From: a virus
Taxonomy: Duplodnaviria > Caudoviricetes
Virus record (IMG/VR): IMGVR_UViG_3300037851_001108
Location: 1 to 48,251 of that record
DNA length: 48,251 nt
Strand: one strand, 5' to 3'
The notes below the pieces were generated by a model. The model made no database searches. It saw nothing but the letters and a program-made list of their open reading frames with translations, and was not told where the DNA came from. Made by a program: the position numbers and the translations under genes. This document shows positions 1 through 8,737 of this stretch, piece by piece. Position 1 is the stretch's first letter. Every line of letters starts with the position of its first letter.

Positions 1-127
1 GTCGCCCGGGATGGCCCGCCAGTCCACCACCCACCGCTCTAGGCCCGGGCCCCACCCGATCACCTGGAGAGCGAATCGATCGACCTGGACGTCGACGCCG
101 GCCGTCAGGACCGCCACCTGGGCCGGC
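1..127. repeat. Terminal 127-bp direct repeat (assembly overlap marking a circular contig), copy 1
   Basis: Bases 1-127 are identical to 48125-48251, and the terminase reading frame runs uninterrupted across the junction. Confidence 0.97.
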
Positions 128-1275
128 ACGTCTACGTCCGCACCGTAGAACTCCCTCCGGGAGAGGAGAGCATGGGGTTCGACGCGCGAGCCGCGATCCT
201 CCCAACCCTCTCCAAGTAAAGTATTTACGAAGACGCGGAGGCTCTCTCGGCCCTTTGCACGAGCGGACAGGAACTGCCCGACGAGATCCGGGAGAGGCAC
301 CCAGGGCGACAGCATGGCGGGGAGGTGGAAGCCCACGAGCCCCGGCTCCTGAGCCTCGGCCGTGGCCACCCAGGCCCCCCCCGCGACCATCGCGTGGCGA
401 TCGGTCTCCCGGAGCTGGGCGGCGCAGGAGGGGCAGTCGATCCGGGCCGTCGAGGCGTCGCGCTCGTCCCAGGCCACCCGGAAGTGCTCCGCGGCACTCC
501 AGGCGATCCAATCCCGATGCCCGCAGGCCGGGCAGGTCACGAAGTACCGCCGCTGGTCGCTCCGGGCGTACAGGGTGTCGATCCGGCCGCCCTTAAGGGT
601 CGGGGTCGAAACGAACAGCACCCGGCCGTCGTGGAACGTCCGGACCCTGTTGGGCAGGAGGTCGGCAGGGTCGCCCTCCTCCGGGAGGACCACCCAGCGG
701 TCGACGTCGTCGCCGATGGCCAGGCGGACGCTGATCGCCGCGAAGGTGTTGGGGGTGTTGGCCCCGCCCAGGGCCAGGAAGCCGCCCGGGTACTGCTTGA
801 GCAGAACGGTCGATTCGGCCCGCGTGTCCTTCGCCGGCAGCCGGCGGTCGGTCACCACGGACCGGAGGGCGGGGGTCGTCCGCACCATGTCCGCCAGCCG
901 GCCCTTACTGAACCGCTCCGCGTCCTGGAACGTCGGCGCGACGTAGAGCATCGGGGCCGGCTGGTGGGCCATGCAGTAACCCAAAACGTTCAAGGCGCCC
1001 TCCGACTTGCCCGACTGCGCGCAGGCGATCACCGCCACCTTCCGGACCCCCGGCTCGAGGATCGAGTCCATGATCCCGGCCAGGTAGGGTGTCGTCGACG
1101 TCCTCCACCGGGCCCCCTTCGCGGCCGAACTCTCGGGCAGTACCCTCTCCGCGTCCGCCCACTGCGACACGGTCAGCCGGACCCGGGGGGACCACCCCTT
1201 CGACCAGTCCCGAATCGGCGACGGCCCCCATCTGGGGGCCTCCACCTGGGCCGTCGGCTGCGCCGCGGCGCTCAT
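1..1275 (-). CDS. terL: Terminase large subunit, lambda gpA family, N-terminal ATPase part (continues at 48124-47489; about 636 aa in total)
   Basis: Manual translation from ATG 1275 gives LTVSQWADAERVL, WRTSTTPYL, Walker A-like AQSGKSE, Walker B-like AIGDDVDR, FVSTPT, SDQRRYFVTCPACG and FVNTLLGEGW. ATGA overlap with terS. Missing from the ORF track because it runs off the contig end. Confidence 0.95.
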   Translation of the reverse strand, partial: MSAAAQPTAQVEAPRWGPSPIRDWSKGWSPRVRLTVSQWADAERVLPESSAAKGARWRTSTTPYLAGIMDSILEPGVRKVAVIACAQSGKSEGALNVLGYCMAHQPAPMLYVAPTFQDAERFSKGRLADMVRTTPALRSVVTDRRLPAKDTRAESTVLLKQYPGGFLALGGANTPNTFAAISVRLAIGDDVDRWVVLPEEGDPADLLPNRVRTFHDGRVLFVSTPTLKGGRIDTLYARSDQRRYFVTCPACGHRDWIAWSAAEHFRVAWDERDASTARIDCPSCAAQLRETDRHAMVAGGAWVATAEAQEPGLVGFHLPAMLSPWVPLPDLVGQFLSARAKGRESLRVFVNTLLGEGWEDRGSRVEPHALLSRREFYGADVDVPAQVAVLTAGVDVQVDRFALQVIGWGPGLERWVVDWRAIPGD

Positions 1276-1766
1276 GCCGCCTCCCCCTCGTCATCCACCG
1301 CCTGGAGCAGCTCGAGGGCAGTCGCCCACCGCGCCAGTTCCCCGAGGGTCTCCTCAACCAGGTCCTCGAGAGCGCCACGCTTGTCCTCCCCCACGATCCC
1401 CGCCTGCGCAGCCCGGGCCGGGATGGATCGGAGCTTGGCCGTCGCTGCAGCGACGTAGGCCTGACCCTCGGACACCACCGCCTCCCGGGGCAGGAGCGCC
1501 CGCCGTTCCTTCGCCAGTCGGAGCCGGTTCAGCTCGGCCTGGCTCCGGTCCCGGGCGTCCCGCGGGCTCTCCGGCTTCTCCTCGGCCTGCCGGCGGATGT
1601 AGGCCTGAACGACCACAGCCAGGTCATAGGTCCCGGCCTTCCCCCTCTTCCCCTGGGTCCGCGGCTTGATCACCTCGAGCTGCTCCAGCCGCTCGAACGT
1701 CCTCACGGCGATGCCCAGGACCCGGGCGGCGGTGCCCTTCGGCACGATCAGGGCCTTCTGTGGCAT
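1272..1766 (-). CDS. terS: Terminase small subunit (Nu1-like)
   Basis: N-terminal winged HTH (AARVLGIAVRTF...YDLAVVVQAYI), coiled coil with ARDRSQAELNRLRL...LLPREAV. Directly upstream of terL. Confidence 0.88.
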   Translation of the reverse strand: MPQKALIVPKGTAARVLGIAVRTFERLEQLEVIKPRTQGKRGKAGTYDLAVVVQAYIRRQAEEKPESPRDARDRSQAELNRLRLAKERRALLPREAVVSEGQAYVAAATAKLRSIPARAAQAGIVGEDKRGALEDLVEETLGELARWATALELLQAVDDEGEAA

Positions 1767-1820
1767 TTCAACCACACCTCGCTCTCGTCCCAAGAGGCCC
1801 CTCGGACCCGGGAAGATGGC

Positions 1821-1866
1821 GCGCCGCTTGCTACCCGCGGATGTAGGCCGGGGTGCCCTGGGGCCC
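1821..1866 (-). other. Candidate cos (packaging) site region
   Basis: Non-coding gap upstream of terS. The minus strand reads GGGGCCCCAGGG...CCGCGGGTAGC, loosely like the lambda cosQ/cosN layout (GGGTCCT...CGCGGGT). gpA-type terminases typically cut cos ends. Confidence 0.3.
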
Positions 1867-2034
1867 CCGACCCCACTATCGCTGAGAGAGTTATCGTCGG
1901 CAGAGTGAGCGGTCGGCCGCCGTGCGTTATGTGCCACGTTCCCGGCGCGCGCGGCCGCGCGTCCCGAGGCCGGACGGCGGCGTGGAGTTCGGCGCTGGGG
2001 GGGAATGAGCGAGGGGCGGGAATGAACCGGTGGC

Positions 2035-2751
2035 TCATGCACCCCACCGCGGTTGGACGCGCCCCCGCCAGTTGGCGCGGCGGGGGGCACCGAGGTGCAG
2101 CACGTAGAAGTCGGGGAGGGCCGCCCGCTTCGGGAAGGAGTCGCGGAAGACGATGTCGTACTTGCCGGCGCTCCTGTAACTGCCGAAGGTCTGGCCTGGG
2201 TAGTAGCGGAAGAGCTGCACGTAGCCCAGGCAGGCCTTCGCGCTGTGCTCGACGACGGATGGCGCTGCGTGGCGCACGGCCTGCGGCCCGTCGTCACCAC
2301 GGTATCGCGGTAAGAGGAGCGGCAAGTCGGTCCGCTTCGTCTCGCCAACGATGTGCGCTCGCAGGGCTGCCGGGGTCTCGCAGAGGTAGCGGGCGCAACC
2401 GTAGATGGTGTTCGGGCGCAGGCGCGCCTCGGGCAACGAGCCGAAGGGATAGACGTCGGCGTCCGCGATGAGACAGCGTTCGCCCCGCTCGGGGGGGGGT
2501 GGCCCCCCGGGGGGGCTTTTCAGACCGAGCCCCTCGTCGAGCGCCGCGGCCTTGTCAAAAGTGTGGCCGTTGGCATACCAAGCGCTCGTCACCACGACGC
2601 GGGCGCCGCGGTGGATGGCGAGCGCCTGGGTTGCGCGGTCGGCCGGCGCTGTGACGACGATGACACGGGCGGCGGGAAACATGGCCTGCCACGCCGGCAG
2701 TGTGACAGCCAAATGGTCCGCGTAGTCGACGGAGGGAATGACGATCCTCAT
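2035..2751 (-). CDS. Glycosyltransferase (GT-A fold, GT2-like)
   Basis: Starts MRIVIPSVDYADHL and contains FDKAAALDEG, DxD motif LIADADV, LGYVQLF, AGKYDIVF and VLHLG...NWRGR. ATGA overlap with the methyltransferase. Confidence 0.8.
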   Translation of the reverse strand: MRIVIPSVDYADHLAVTLPAWQAMFPAARVIVVTAPADRATQALAIHRGARVVVTSAWYANGHTFDKAAALDEGLGLKSPPGGPPPPERGERCLIADADVYPFGSLPEARLRPNTIYGCARYLCETPAALRAHIVGETKRTDLPLLLPRYRGDDGPQAVRHAAPSVVEHSAKACLGYVQLFRYYPGQTFGSYRSAGKYDIVFRDSFPKRAALPDFYVLHLGAPRRANWRGRVQPRWGA

Positions 2752-3317
2752 GGGGGGGCCACCGTCCACCAGATGGAGTGCTCGAGCATGAAGCCCTCGA
2801 CAGCCTCGTCGACCGCGCGCTTGACGCCGGGCCAGTCCTTGTGGCGGTAGTCGTGGCCGGCGATGGTGCCGCCTGGCCGGACGAACGAGAGCGCGCGGGA
2901 GATGTCGCCGAGCACCTCCTCGTAGCGGTGATCGCCGTCGATGAAGACGAGGTCGGCCAGACCGCAGAGGCCGCGGCGCTTGAGCTCCGGCATCGCCTGC
3001 TCGAAGGTCGCCTGAATGGCGATGACCTTTCCCGTGAGGAGATGGTCGGCGAGGTTCGCGCCGAACGCGCGGCCCGCGGCATCGCAGTCGAGCCACTTGG
3101 CTGGCGCGCCGTCGTCCTGCGGGTAGTAACCCTGCCAGGGGTCGACGGCATAGACGGTGCCCGGGCAGTGGTCGGCGAGGGCTCGCGTCGATCGACCCTG
3201 ATAGCACCCGACCTCGACGATCGTCCGACAGGTGCGGGCCGCTCGGGCGAGCCACCTCAGCTCGGCGTCGTCCATCCAACCGGTGATGGCGCGTGCGCGA
3301 GCCAGGTCGAGAGCCAT
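2748..3317 (-). CDS. Class I SAM-dependent methyltransferase (Methyltransf_24-like)
   Basis: IVEVGCYQGRST, YAVDPW, DLVFIDGDHRYEEV, GGTIAGHDY, WPGVKRAVDE. GGAGG RBS. Confidence 0.9.
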   Translation of the reverse strand: MALDLARARAITGWMDDAELRWLARAARTCRTIVEVGCYQGRSTRALADHCPGTVYAVDPWQGYYPQDDGAPAKWLDCDAAGRAFGANLADHLLTGKVIAIQATFEQAMPELKRRGLCGLADLVFIDGDHRYEEVLGDISRALSFVRPGGTIAGHDYRHKDWPGVKRAVDEAVEGFMLEHSIWWTVAPP

Positions 3318-3371
3318 CGCATCCTCCCCGGGGGGCTGTTTTTGACCGGCCCCCCTCCGAAGTCAGCTCGA

Positions 3372-4181
3372 TCAGTAGTAAGGGAAGGCGCGGCCGGTCC
3401 CGCTGTTGTGGAGATTTGCCACGTCCGTGGCGTCGAACGTTCGGGACCAGATGGCCATGCCGTCGAAGCAGACCGGGTTGTAGCCCGTGGCGTAGGTGCC
3501 CGAGGCGCCGAAGTGCAGGTCGCGCACGTTCCCCTTCAGCATGTAGCCCATGGCCCCACATTCGAAAGCCGAGCCGTCGATCGAAAGGCAGGCCTGCGAC
3601 TTGCCGTAGTCGCCGTACGGGCTCATGGTCACGACGACCAAGTGCCACGAGGACGTCGAGGTTGAGCTCGAGAACTGCTTCATGTAGGAGGTGTTGGTCT
3701 CGGCCTCCCAAGCGAACGCGTTGAGGTACCACGCCCCGCTGACATAGAGGAAGCGCACCCCAAACCCGTCCGTGGCACCGCCATCGTGGTTCGTGAAGAG
3801 CGTGGCTTCTCGCGCTGTCGAGGTAGGCGCCGAGTAGACCCAGGCCGCCCAGGTCCAGTTACCACCCGAGAACCCGCCGGCCCTGGGAATCATGAGAGAG
3901 TCGGCTTGCGAAGCGTTCCCGAGGCACGCCGACCCTCCCGAGCCGACCTTGTTTCCTCCGATCGTCATCCCTCCCAGGTCGTTCTTCAGGAGGAGGGTGT
4001 TCGCGAAGGACCCGAAGCATGCGGACGCGTTGGTGATCTCGGTGAAGTCCCACGAGTCCACGAGCCCGACGCACAGGTTCGATCTGGTGGGGTCGCACAC
4101 CCCGAAGCTCGCCTGCGACTGATGGGGCGCGGCAACGAGGGCGGCCAGCACGACCACCGCAAGCAGCATCAGCTTCTTCAT
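3372..4181 (-). CDS. Secreted LamG/concanavalin-like domain protein
   Basis: Sec-type signal MKKLMLLAVVVLAALVAA, then GLVDSWDFTE, WTWAAWVY, WHLVVVT and FDGMAIWSRTFDATDVANLHNSG. GAGGAGG RBS. Confidence 0.8.
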   Translation of the reverse strand: MKKLMLLAVVVLAALVAAPHQSQASFGVCDPTRSNLCVGLVDSWDFTEITNASACFGSFANTLLLKNDLGGMTIGGNKVGSGGSACLGNASQADSLMIPRAGGFSGGNWTWAAWVYSAPTSTAREATLFTNHDGGATDGFGVRFLYVSGAWYLNAFAWEAETNTSYMKQFSSSTSTSSWHLVVVTMSPYGDYGKSQACLSIDGSAFECGAMGYMLKGNVRDLHFGASGTYATGYNPVCFDGMAIWSRTFDATDVANLHNSGTGRAFPYY

Positions 4182-4212
4182 TTCAGTCCTCCCTCTTTCG
4201 TTCTTCCGGGGC

Positions 4213-5067
4213 TCAGTCGACGAACGGGAAGTTCTTCGAGTTCCCGCTGTTGTACCAGGCGGTCACGTCCGCCTGCGTGAAACCCCACGACCACACGCCG
4301 ACGTAGTCGATCTTGTAGGCGCCGTACTCGGCCGGCGACGTGTTGTTCCACGCCCCGAGGTAGACGTCGCCGAGGTCCACGTACTGGGGATAGTTCACCG
4401 TGGCCGTGCTGCGCGTCGTGCCGCAGGTGGACAAGCACCGCTGCTCCATGAAGAGCTCGACCGCCGACGGGTAGGAGGCGGACGGAAGCGGCTTCCCGCC
4501 CACGACGATGAAGTGCCACTTGCCGGTGCCCATCGCGTAGGGGCTCTGCACCGAGTAGGCGTTGCCGTGGATATCGGTTGCGGAGTAGCGCAGGTACGTG
4601 GTCCCGCTCGTGTTCACCAGCTCGAGGGCTGGGTAGCCCTGGGTGCCGCTCGGCTTCTTCGTCGTGAGGACCTGCACCGTCTTCCCACTGGCCGAAGGGT
4701 TCGTGTCCGGGTAGATCCAGATGCCGAGGGAGAAGGCCTGCCCGCCGACCCCCGCCGAGTTGCGCATCACGAGCCAGGAGTTCGCGGCGGCGGTGTGTTG
4801 GAAAGCGTACGACCCGTTCACCCTGGTCGCGCTGTACGGCGTGAGGTTGACAGCGTCCGGCTCGAGCCACCGGGCGCCGCCCGTTTCGCTCGTGCGCGCC
4901 GTGTCCGAGGCCTCCTCGAAGCTCCACAGGTTCACGAGGCCCTGGCAGAACTTCGACTTGAACGGGTCGCAGAACGAGTAGAGCCTGTCCGCCGAGGCGG
5001 GCGGCTTCGGCGCGAGGACCGCCAGGGCGAGACCGACGGCCGCGAACGTGACGGCTCTCTTCAGCAT
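4213..5067 (-). CDS. Secreted LamG/concanavalin-like domain protein (paralog of 3372-4181)
   Basis: Signal peptide MLKRAVTFAAVGLALAVLA, then GLVNLWSFEE, FSLGIWIYP, WHFIVV and IDYVGVWSWGFTQADVTAWYNSG. AAGGAG RBS. Confidence 0.8.
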   Translation of the reverse strand: MLKRAVTFAAVGLALAVLAPKPPASADRLYSFCDPFKSKFCQGLVNLWSFEEASDTARTSETGGARWLEPDAVNLTPYSATRVNGSYAFQHTAAANSWLVMRNSAGVGGQAFSLGIWIYPDTNPSASGKTVQVLTTKKPSGTQGYPALELVNTSGTTYLRYSATDIHGNAYSVQSPYAMGTGKWHFIVVGGKPLPSASYPSAVELFMEQRCLSTCGTTRSTATVNYPQYVDLGDVYLGAWNNTSPAEYGAYKIDYVGVWSWGFTQADVTAWYNSGNSKNFPFVD

Positions 5068-5080
5068 GTTGCTCTCCTTT

Positions 5081-5872
5081 TCAGCTTGACAGGTGTGCTA
5101 CTTCGGTAGCATGATGACCGTCGATGGCCAGGCGACGGGTAAAGCTCTCTGGGTGGCGATGCCGCTGCGAGCGGTGCGGCCACCGGTGGAACTCCGTCGG
5201 GACAGCGGCGCCGCGGTCTTGCGCGGGCTGCAAGGTCATCAACTGGAACACCCCCCGGGGGGGCGTTTTGAAACAGGGGCGCCAGGGAGGACGATGATGG
5301 GCCGGATGCTCCGCTTCGATAGGCTCAACGAGTCGGAGGTGGAGTGGATCGCCGAGGATACGGCGCGGCGCGAAGAACTGCTCGCTGGAGAACCCATCTT
5401 TTGTCTCTGTGTGTACGAGTGGGCTGACGGTGCAATCTTCCTCGCGGAGGCCAGGCGTGGAAGTCTCGGCCACTATGCCGTCTCCAAGCGCGGAACAGAC
5501 CCCGCAAGGTACATTCCGGCCGGACGTCAACCCAAGAACGTCGAGGAGGCTATCGAGGCAGTTCGGCGGGACGCCGCGCAGGCAATCGCCGAGCGTGGCC
5601 GTCCCGAGGCGATGCTCTTCCTCGAGTCCACTAACGCGACTGCCTTGAGGAACAGAGGTGAGCGCTGCGGCCGGCGCCAAGGGCGGCTGATGCGCCTTCG
5701 CCGGATGATGGAGTACCTCGGAATCCGAGAGGACTCCTGGCTTTTTGCTCTCTGGCGTTGGCAGTGGGTGCGTGTCTGCCGAGCGTACGGCTGGCGAAGG
5801 TGGACCGACGAAGATCGCGACCGCCACAATCGCGAGCAGCAACAGCACCAGCAACACCAGAGAACGAAGCAC
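5081..5872 (-). CDS. Hypothetical membrane-anchored Cys-containing protein (overlaps the + strand ORF 5294-5881)
   Basis: GTG start 5 nt after the upstream stop, N-terminal TM segment LVLLVLLLLAIVAVAIFVG, and a stop just before the next RBS, so it fits the operon exactly. Confidence 0.5.
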   Translation of the reverse strand: MLRSLVLLVLLLLAIVAVAIFVGPPSPAVRSADTHPLPTPESKKPGVLSDSEVLHHPAKAHQPPLAPAAALTSVPQGSRVSGLEEEHRLGTATLGDCLRGVPPNCLDSLLDVLGLTSGRNVPCGVCSALGDGIVAETSTPGLREEDCTVSPLVHTETKDGFSSEQFFAPRRILGDPLHLRLVEPIEAEHPAHHRPPWRPCFKTPPRGVFQLMTLQPAQDRGAAVPTEFHRWPHRSQRHRHPESFTRRLAIDGHHATEVAHLSS

Positions 5873-5881
5873 GTTTCCTAG
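5294..5881 (+). CDS. Hypothetical protein (possible moron, antisense to the late operon)
   Basis: GGGAGG RBS just before ATG 5294, GC3-rich codons, protein-like helical segment KNVEEAIEAVRRDAAQAIAE. TTGACA at 5086-5091 upstream. Confidence 0.45.
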   Translation: MMGRMLRFDRLNESEVEWIAEDTARREELLAGEPIFCLCVYEWADGAIFLAEARRGSLGHYAVSKRGTDPARYIPAGRQPKNVEEAIEAVRRDAAQAIAERGRPEAMLFLESTNATALRNRGERCGRRQGRLMRLRRMMEYLGIREDSWLFALWRWQWVRVCRAYGWRRWTDEDRDRHNREQQQHQQHQRTKHVS

Positions 5882-6783
5882 GCGCAGTCGAGACACGGAC
5901 GGCACTCTTCAGGAACGAAGGCCCTCTCGAGAGCCTCCATCGTCGAGACTCCGGTCATCTCCCTGAAGACCTTGTCTTGGAAATAGCCGAGCGCGAGTCC
6001 AAGGCCGAATCCGAGAGCGCGGCCGAAACCGACACCGAAGAAGCTCACGAATGCCGGCATCCCAGGCCTCCATGGCTTGACAAAACCCGCGGCTCCGGGC
6101 GCCCAACCTCGTGTCTTCTGCGCGGCGCGCGAGGCGGCGAGGGCCGCCTCCGCTGATGGGTACTTCCGCGGGATCGAGATCGCCGGCTCGGGCTCGAGGC
6201 TTATGATTTCCCACGGCTCGGCCAGCCGCGGGGGGGCCGGCGCCCCGTTCATGTTGTAGCCGTACGGTGCCGGATTCGCTCCGGGGATTGTCCACTCAGC
6301 CCCCATCGCGTTCAATCGAGCAATCGCTTCGGGGTTGGCTCCGAAGCGCGGCATCCCTGCGACGTTGTAGATCGCTGCCATATCGTTGGTGATTCCGCGG
6401 TACTTGCTGCAGTCGATCTTGGCGGCAGCCGGTTCGGTTGCGAGCGGTTTCGGCAGTATCCCGGAAGCTGGTGTTTCGCCGCCGCCGATGCTCGGCACCC
6501 CAGTGTCACCGTCCACGATGTCGACCGAGTCCGGGCCACCAGGGCCGACGGCCGCAGGCACGCCGTTGACCCAGCGCCAGTCCCAGCCGACGGGAAGCCC
6601 CCCACCGCCTCCACACCCAGATGGGTCCGTGACAGCGCAGTAGATGACCTTGTTGTCTCCGACCGTGATCGAGTAGAGGTACGAGGTGCCACAGGGACAC
6701 CTGTCCTTGTCCTCTTTGGCTGCGGCCACGACTGGGAGGCCCATGAAGGTGGTTGCCATGAACAGCAGGAAGGCTTGGCGCAT
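5878..6783 (-). CDS. Secreted Cys-containing protein with C-terminal glycine-rich hydrophobic helix
   Basis: AAGGAG RBS, signal peptide MRQAFLLFMATTFMGLPVVAAA, CPCG...C...C N-domain, FVSFFGVGFGRALGFGLGLALGYF, terminal CRPCLDC. Confidence 0.75.
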   Translation of the reverse strand: MRQAFLLFMATTFMGLPVVAAAKEDKDRCPCGTSYLYSITVGDNKVIYCAVTDPSGCGGGGGLPVGWDWRWVNGVPAAVGPGGPDSVDIVDGDTGVPSIGGGETPASGILPKPLATEPAAAKIDCSKYRGITNDMAAIYNVAGMPRFGANPEAIARLNAMGAEWTIPGANPAPYGYNMNGAPAPPRLAEPWEIISLEPEPAISIPRKYPSAEAALAASRAAQKTRGWAPGAAGFVKPWRPGMPAFVSFFGVGFGRALGFGLGLALGYFQDKVFREMTGVSTMEALERAFVPEECRPCLDCA

Positions 6784-6788
6784 GTCGG

Positions 6789-7262
6789 TCACTCCTTCGG
6801 ATCGCCGCCGTCGCGGTTTAATATGTCGGTCTCCTGTGTCTGGCCCGTCTCCTCCTTGACGGGACAAACCTCTGGCGCGCGGCGGGCGACACACGGGCGC
6901 GCGTCGAGGCGCCTCGTCAGCTCGCTCTGCCCATCGGCGACACCCTTGAGGTCGATGCGCAGGTCCTTCCGCAGCGACAGCAGGTCGGCCCGGATCGCCG
7001 TCTCGACCTTCCGGGACACCTCGTCGACCATCCCCTTCTGCACGTCACGCATCGTCGTGAGCTCGCGGACGATGGCCGCGTTGCACTGGAGCAGATCGTG
7101 GATCTGCTCGCCCGCAGGCTCGAGCTTCGCGATCCGCCGCGTCGCATCCGAGATCCGCCTCTCATGGTCGTCGTGGGAGTGAAGGAGCTTCTTCACGTCG
7201 GCGCGCAGGCCGGTGATCGACTTCATGATGTCGGTGCTGGTCGGCTTGGAGGGCTGGCTCAC
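6789..7262 (-). CDS. Coiled-coil hypothetical protein (lysis-region accessory)
   Basis: Heptad pattern, HERRI...IAKLE motif common in lysis-region proteins, GTGA coupling. Confidence 0.7.
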   Translation of the reverse strand: MSQPSKPTSTDIMKSITGLRADVKKLLHSHDDHERRISDATRRIAKLEPAGEQIHDLLQCNAAIVRELTTMRDVQKGMVDEVSRKVETAIRADLLSLRKDLRIDLKGVADGQSELTRRLDARPCVARRAPEVCPVKEETGQTQETDILNRDGGDPKE

Positions 7263-7729
7263 TGGGCGTGCTCCTTGAACATGGTGGGCTGACCAGCAGA
7301 TTTCGCCTCCTCCTGCGCCGCGCGTTTGGCCTGGATTGCCTGGGTACGGGTGAGCACACGCGCGATTTCCTCGGCCCGTCGCTGCGCCTCGCGCACCTCA
7401 CCGTGGCCATCCGCTATCCACATCTCGTCGCGCACCTGGTCGATCAGCGTCCGCTGGCGGTCGATCTCGTCGAGCTGCAGGAAGCGGTCGGGGCCGGGAG
7501 AGATGACGTAGAGCGTATGGCGCTGCGCATCGAGGAGGTAGCGGATGGCCTTTGCCTCGAGGGCCCTCAGCTCGCGCTGTGCCTTCCTGCGGCGCCAGAG
7601 GCGGGAGCACACGGCCACGACGCCGGCGATGAGGCCGCCCAGGGCGGCTAGGGTCTTCGCCCAGTCCCCGAACTGCTCGACGAGCCCGGTCGAGGCCATG
7701 GCGGCGGGCGACTGCAACTGCGTCGTCAC
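7259..7729 (-). CDS. Single-TM membrane protein with coiled coil
   Basis: TM LAALGGLIAGVVAVC followed by RLWRRRK. GTGA coupling on both sides. Confidence 0.7.
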   Translation of the reverse strand: MTTQLQSPAAMASTGLVEQFGDWAKTLAALGGLIAGVVAVCSRLWRRRKAQRELRALEAKAIRYLLDAQRHTLYVISPGPDRFLQLDEIDRQRTLIDQVRDEMWIADGHGEVREAQRRAEEIARVLTRTQAIQAKRAAQEEAKSAGQPTMFKEHAQ

Positions 7730-7950
7730 GCCACCCTCTCGGCGCGCAGCCGGTGCCCGCTCAGTTCGTATCGGAGTCGCTCGAGCGACGAGTGCGACGG
7801 GCGCTCTAGGTGCTCACGGACGGCAGCTCGCAACCGCACGAGCCCCCGGGAGAGGTCGGCGACTTCGTCCTTGAGCTCCAGGATGCGCAGTTCGGCCGCG
7901 ATGTCGTAGCGGTGTTGACGACGGTAGCCCGAGCGGACGATGTCCGGCAT
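7726..7950 (-). CDS. Small coiled-coil hypothetical protein
   Basis: ATG 7950 just after the upstream stop; its stop overlaps the next start. Confidence 0.55.
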   Translation of the reverse strand: MPDIVRSGYRRQHRYDIAAELRILELKDEVADLSRGLVRLRAAVREHLERPSHSSLERLRYELSGHRLRAERVA

Positions 7951-7954
7951 GGCC

Positions 7955-8302
7955 CTACCGCTTGTCCTCGGGGGCGATGGGAGTGCCGGCCGGCCACGGG
8001 GCACGCACCCCTCCGTCTACGAGTCCCACGGCCGCCAGGAGGCCGCCGGCGATGTAGACGTAGCGCGCGGCGGGGCAAGCCCACGCCATGTCCGGGTAGG
8101 ACCCGCACACCGTCTCGAGCGCGGCGCCGAGGCCGACGAGCACGGCTCCGGTGAAGGTGCGGTAGCCGGCCGCGACCCAGTAGGCTCGCTTCACCGGCTC
8201 GCCGAGTTGCCCCTCGGCAGCCGCCCTGAGAATGGCTGGGAGGATCGACCCCCACCGGCCTTTGATGAAGCGCGTCGCGATCTTGGCGAGCAGTCCTGTC
8301 AC
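7955..8302 (-). CDS. Putative holin (2 TM)
   Basis: GYRTFTGAVLVGLGAAL and YVYIAGGLLAAVGLVD resemble small GYKT-type phage holins. Lies in the lysis region. Confidence 0.55.
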   Translation of the reverse strand: MTGLLAKIATRFIKGRWGSILPAILRAAAEGQLGEPVKRAYWVAAGYRTFTGAVLVGLGAALETVCGSYPDMAWACPAARYVYIAGGLLAAVGLVDGGVRAPWPAGTPIAPEDKR

Positions 8303-8517
8303 GGTGACACCTCCGGTGTCCTCTGTGTGGCTCTGGTGGCCAGGAGGATGGCGCTCTCGAGTGTGCCGGCGCCGCCGATGTGACCGTCCACGTCAGCGAG
8401 CCACACTGGGAGTTGGTTCGGGCCTGACGCGATGCTGAGAGCCCGAAGTCTGCGCGGTTCGCCGTTGACCATCAGGAGCAGTCCATGCTCGGGCCGTAGG
8501 TTTCCCGGCCAGGTCAC
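8299..8517 (-). CDS. Hypothetical protein
   Basis: GTGA coupling at both ends, AGGGAG RBS. Confidence 0.55.
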   Translation of the reverse strand: MTWPGNLRPEHGLLLMVNGEPRRLRALSIASGPNQLPVWLADVDGHIGGAGTLESAILLATRATQRTPEVSP

Positions 8518-8729
8518 GGCTCCCTCCCGACCGACACCCGATAGGCGGCGACTTCCTCGCCGTGGTCGGTGCTGACTATGGCGGGCGGGTCGACGTACTG
8601 AAGCACCCGGCACATGTTCCCTGGCAGGAGCGTGACGGAAGCCACCCGCGGGAGATGTACCCCGTTTCTGAAAAGCCGCGGATGGTGCCCGGGCTCGGGC
8701 TGCTGGGGGTCAAAGCTGATGAGGATCAT
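8514..8729 (-). CDS. Hypothetical protein
   Basis: ATG 8729 with AGCAGG upstream; its stop overlaps the next start. Confidence 0.55.
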   Translation of the reverse strand: MILISFDPQQPEPGHHPRLFRNGVHLPRVASVTLLPGNMCRVLQYVDPPAIVSTDHGEEVAAYRVSVGREP

Positions 8730-8737
8730 CCTGCTTC

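Noticed and set aside
1-127. Biological direct terminal repeat
   Set aside because: The length of 127 equals a common assembler k-mer and the repeat falls mid-terL, so it is an assembly overlap and not a genome end.
1948-1961. 14-bp palindrome CGCGCGGCCGCGCG near terS
   Set aside because: An all-GC palindrome in a GC-rich genome with no U-tract or other support.
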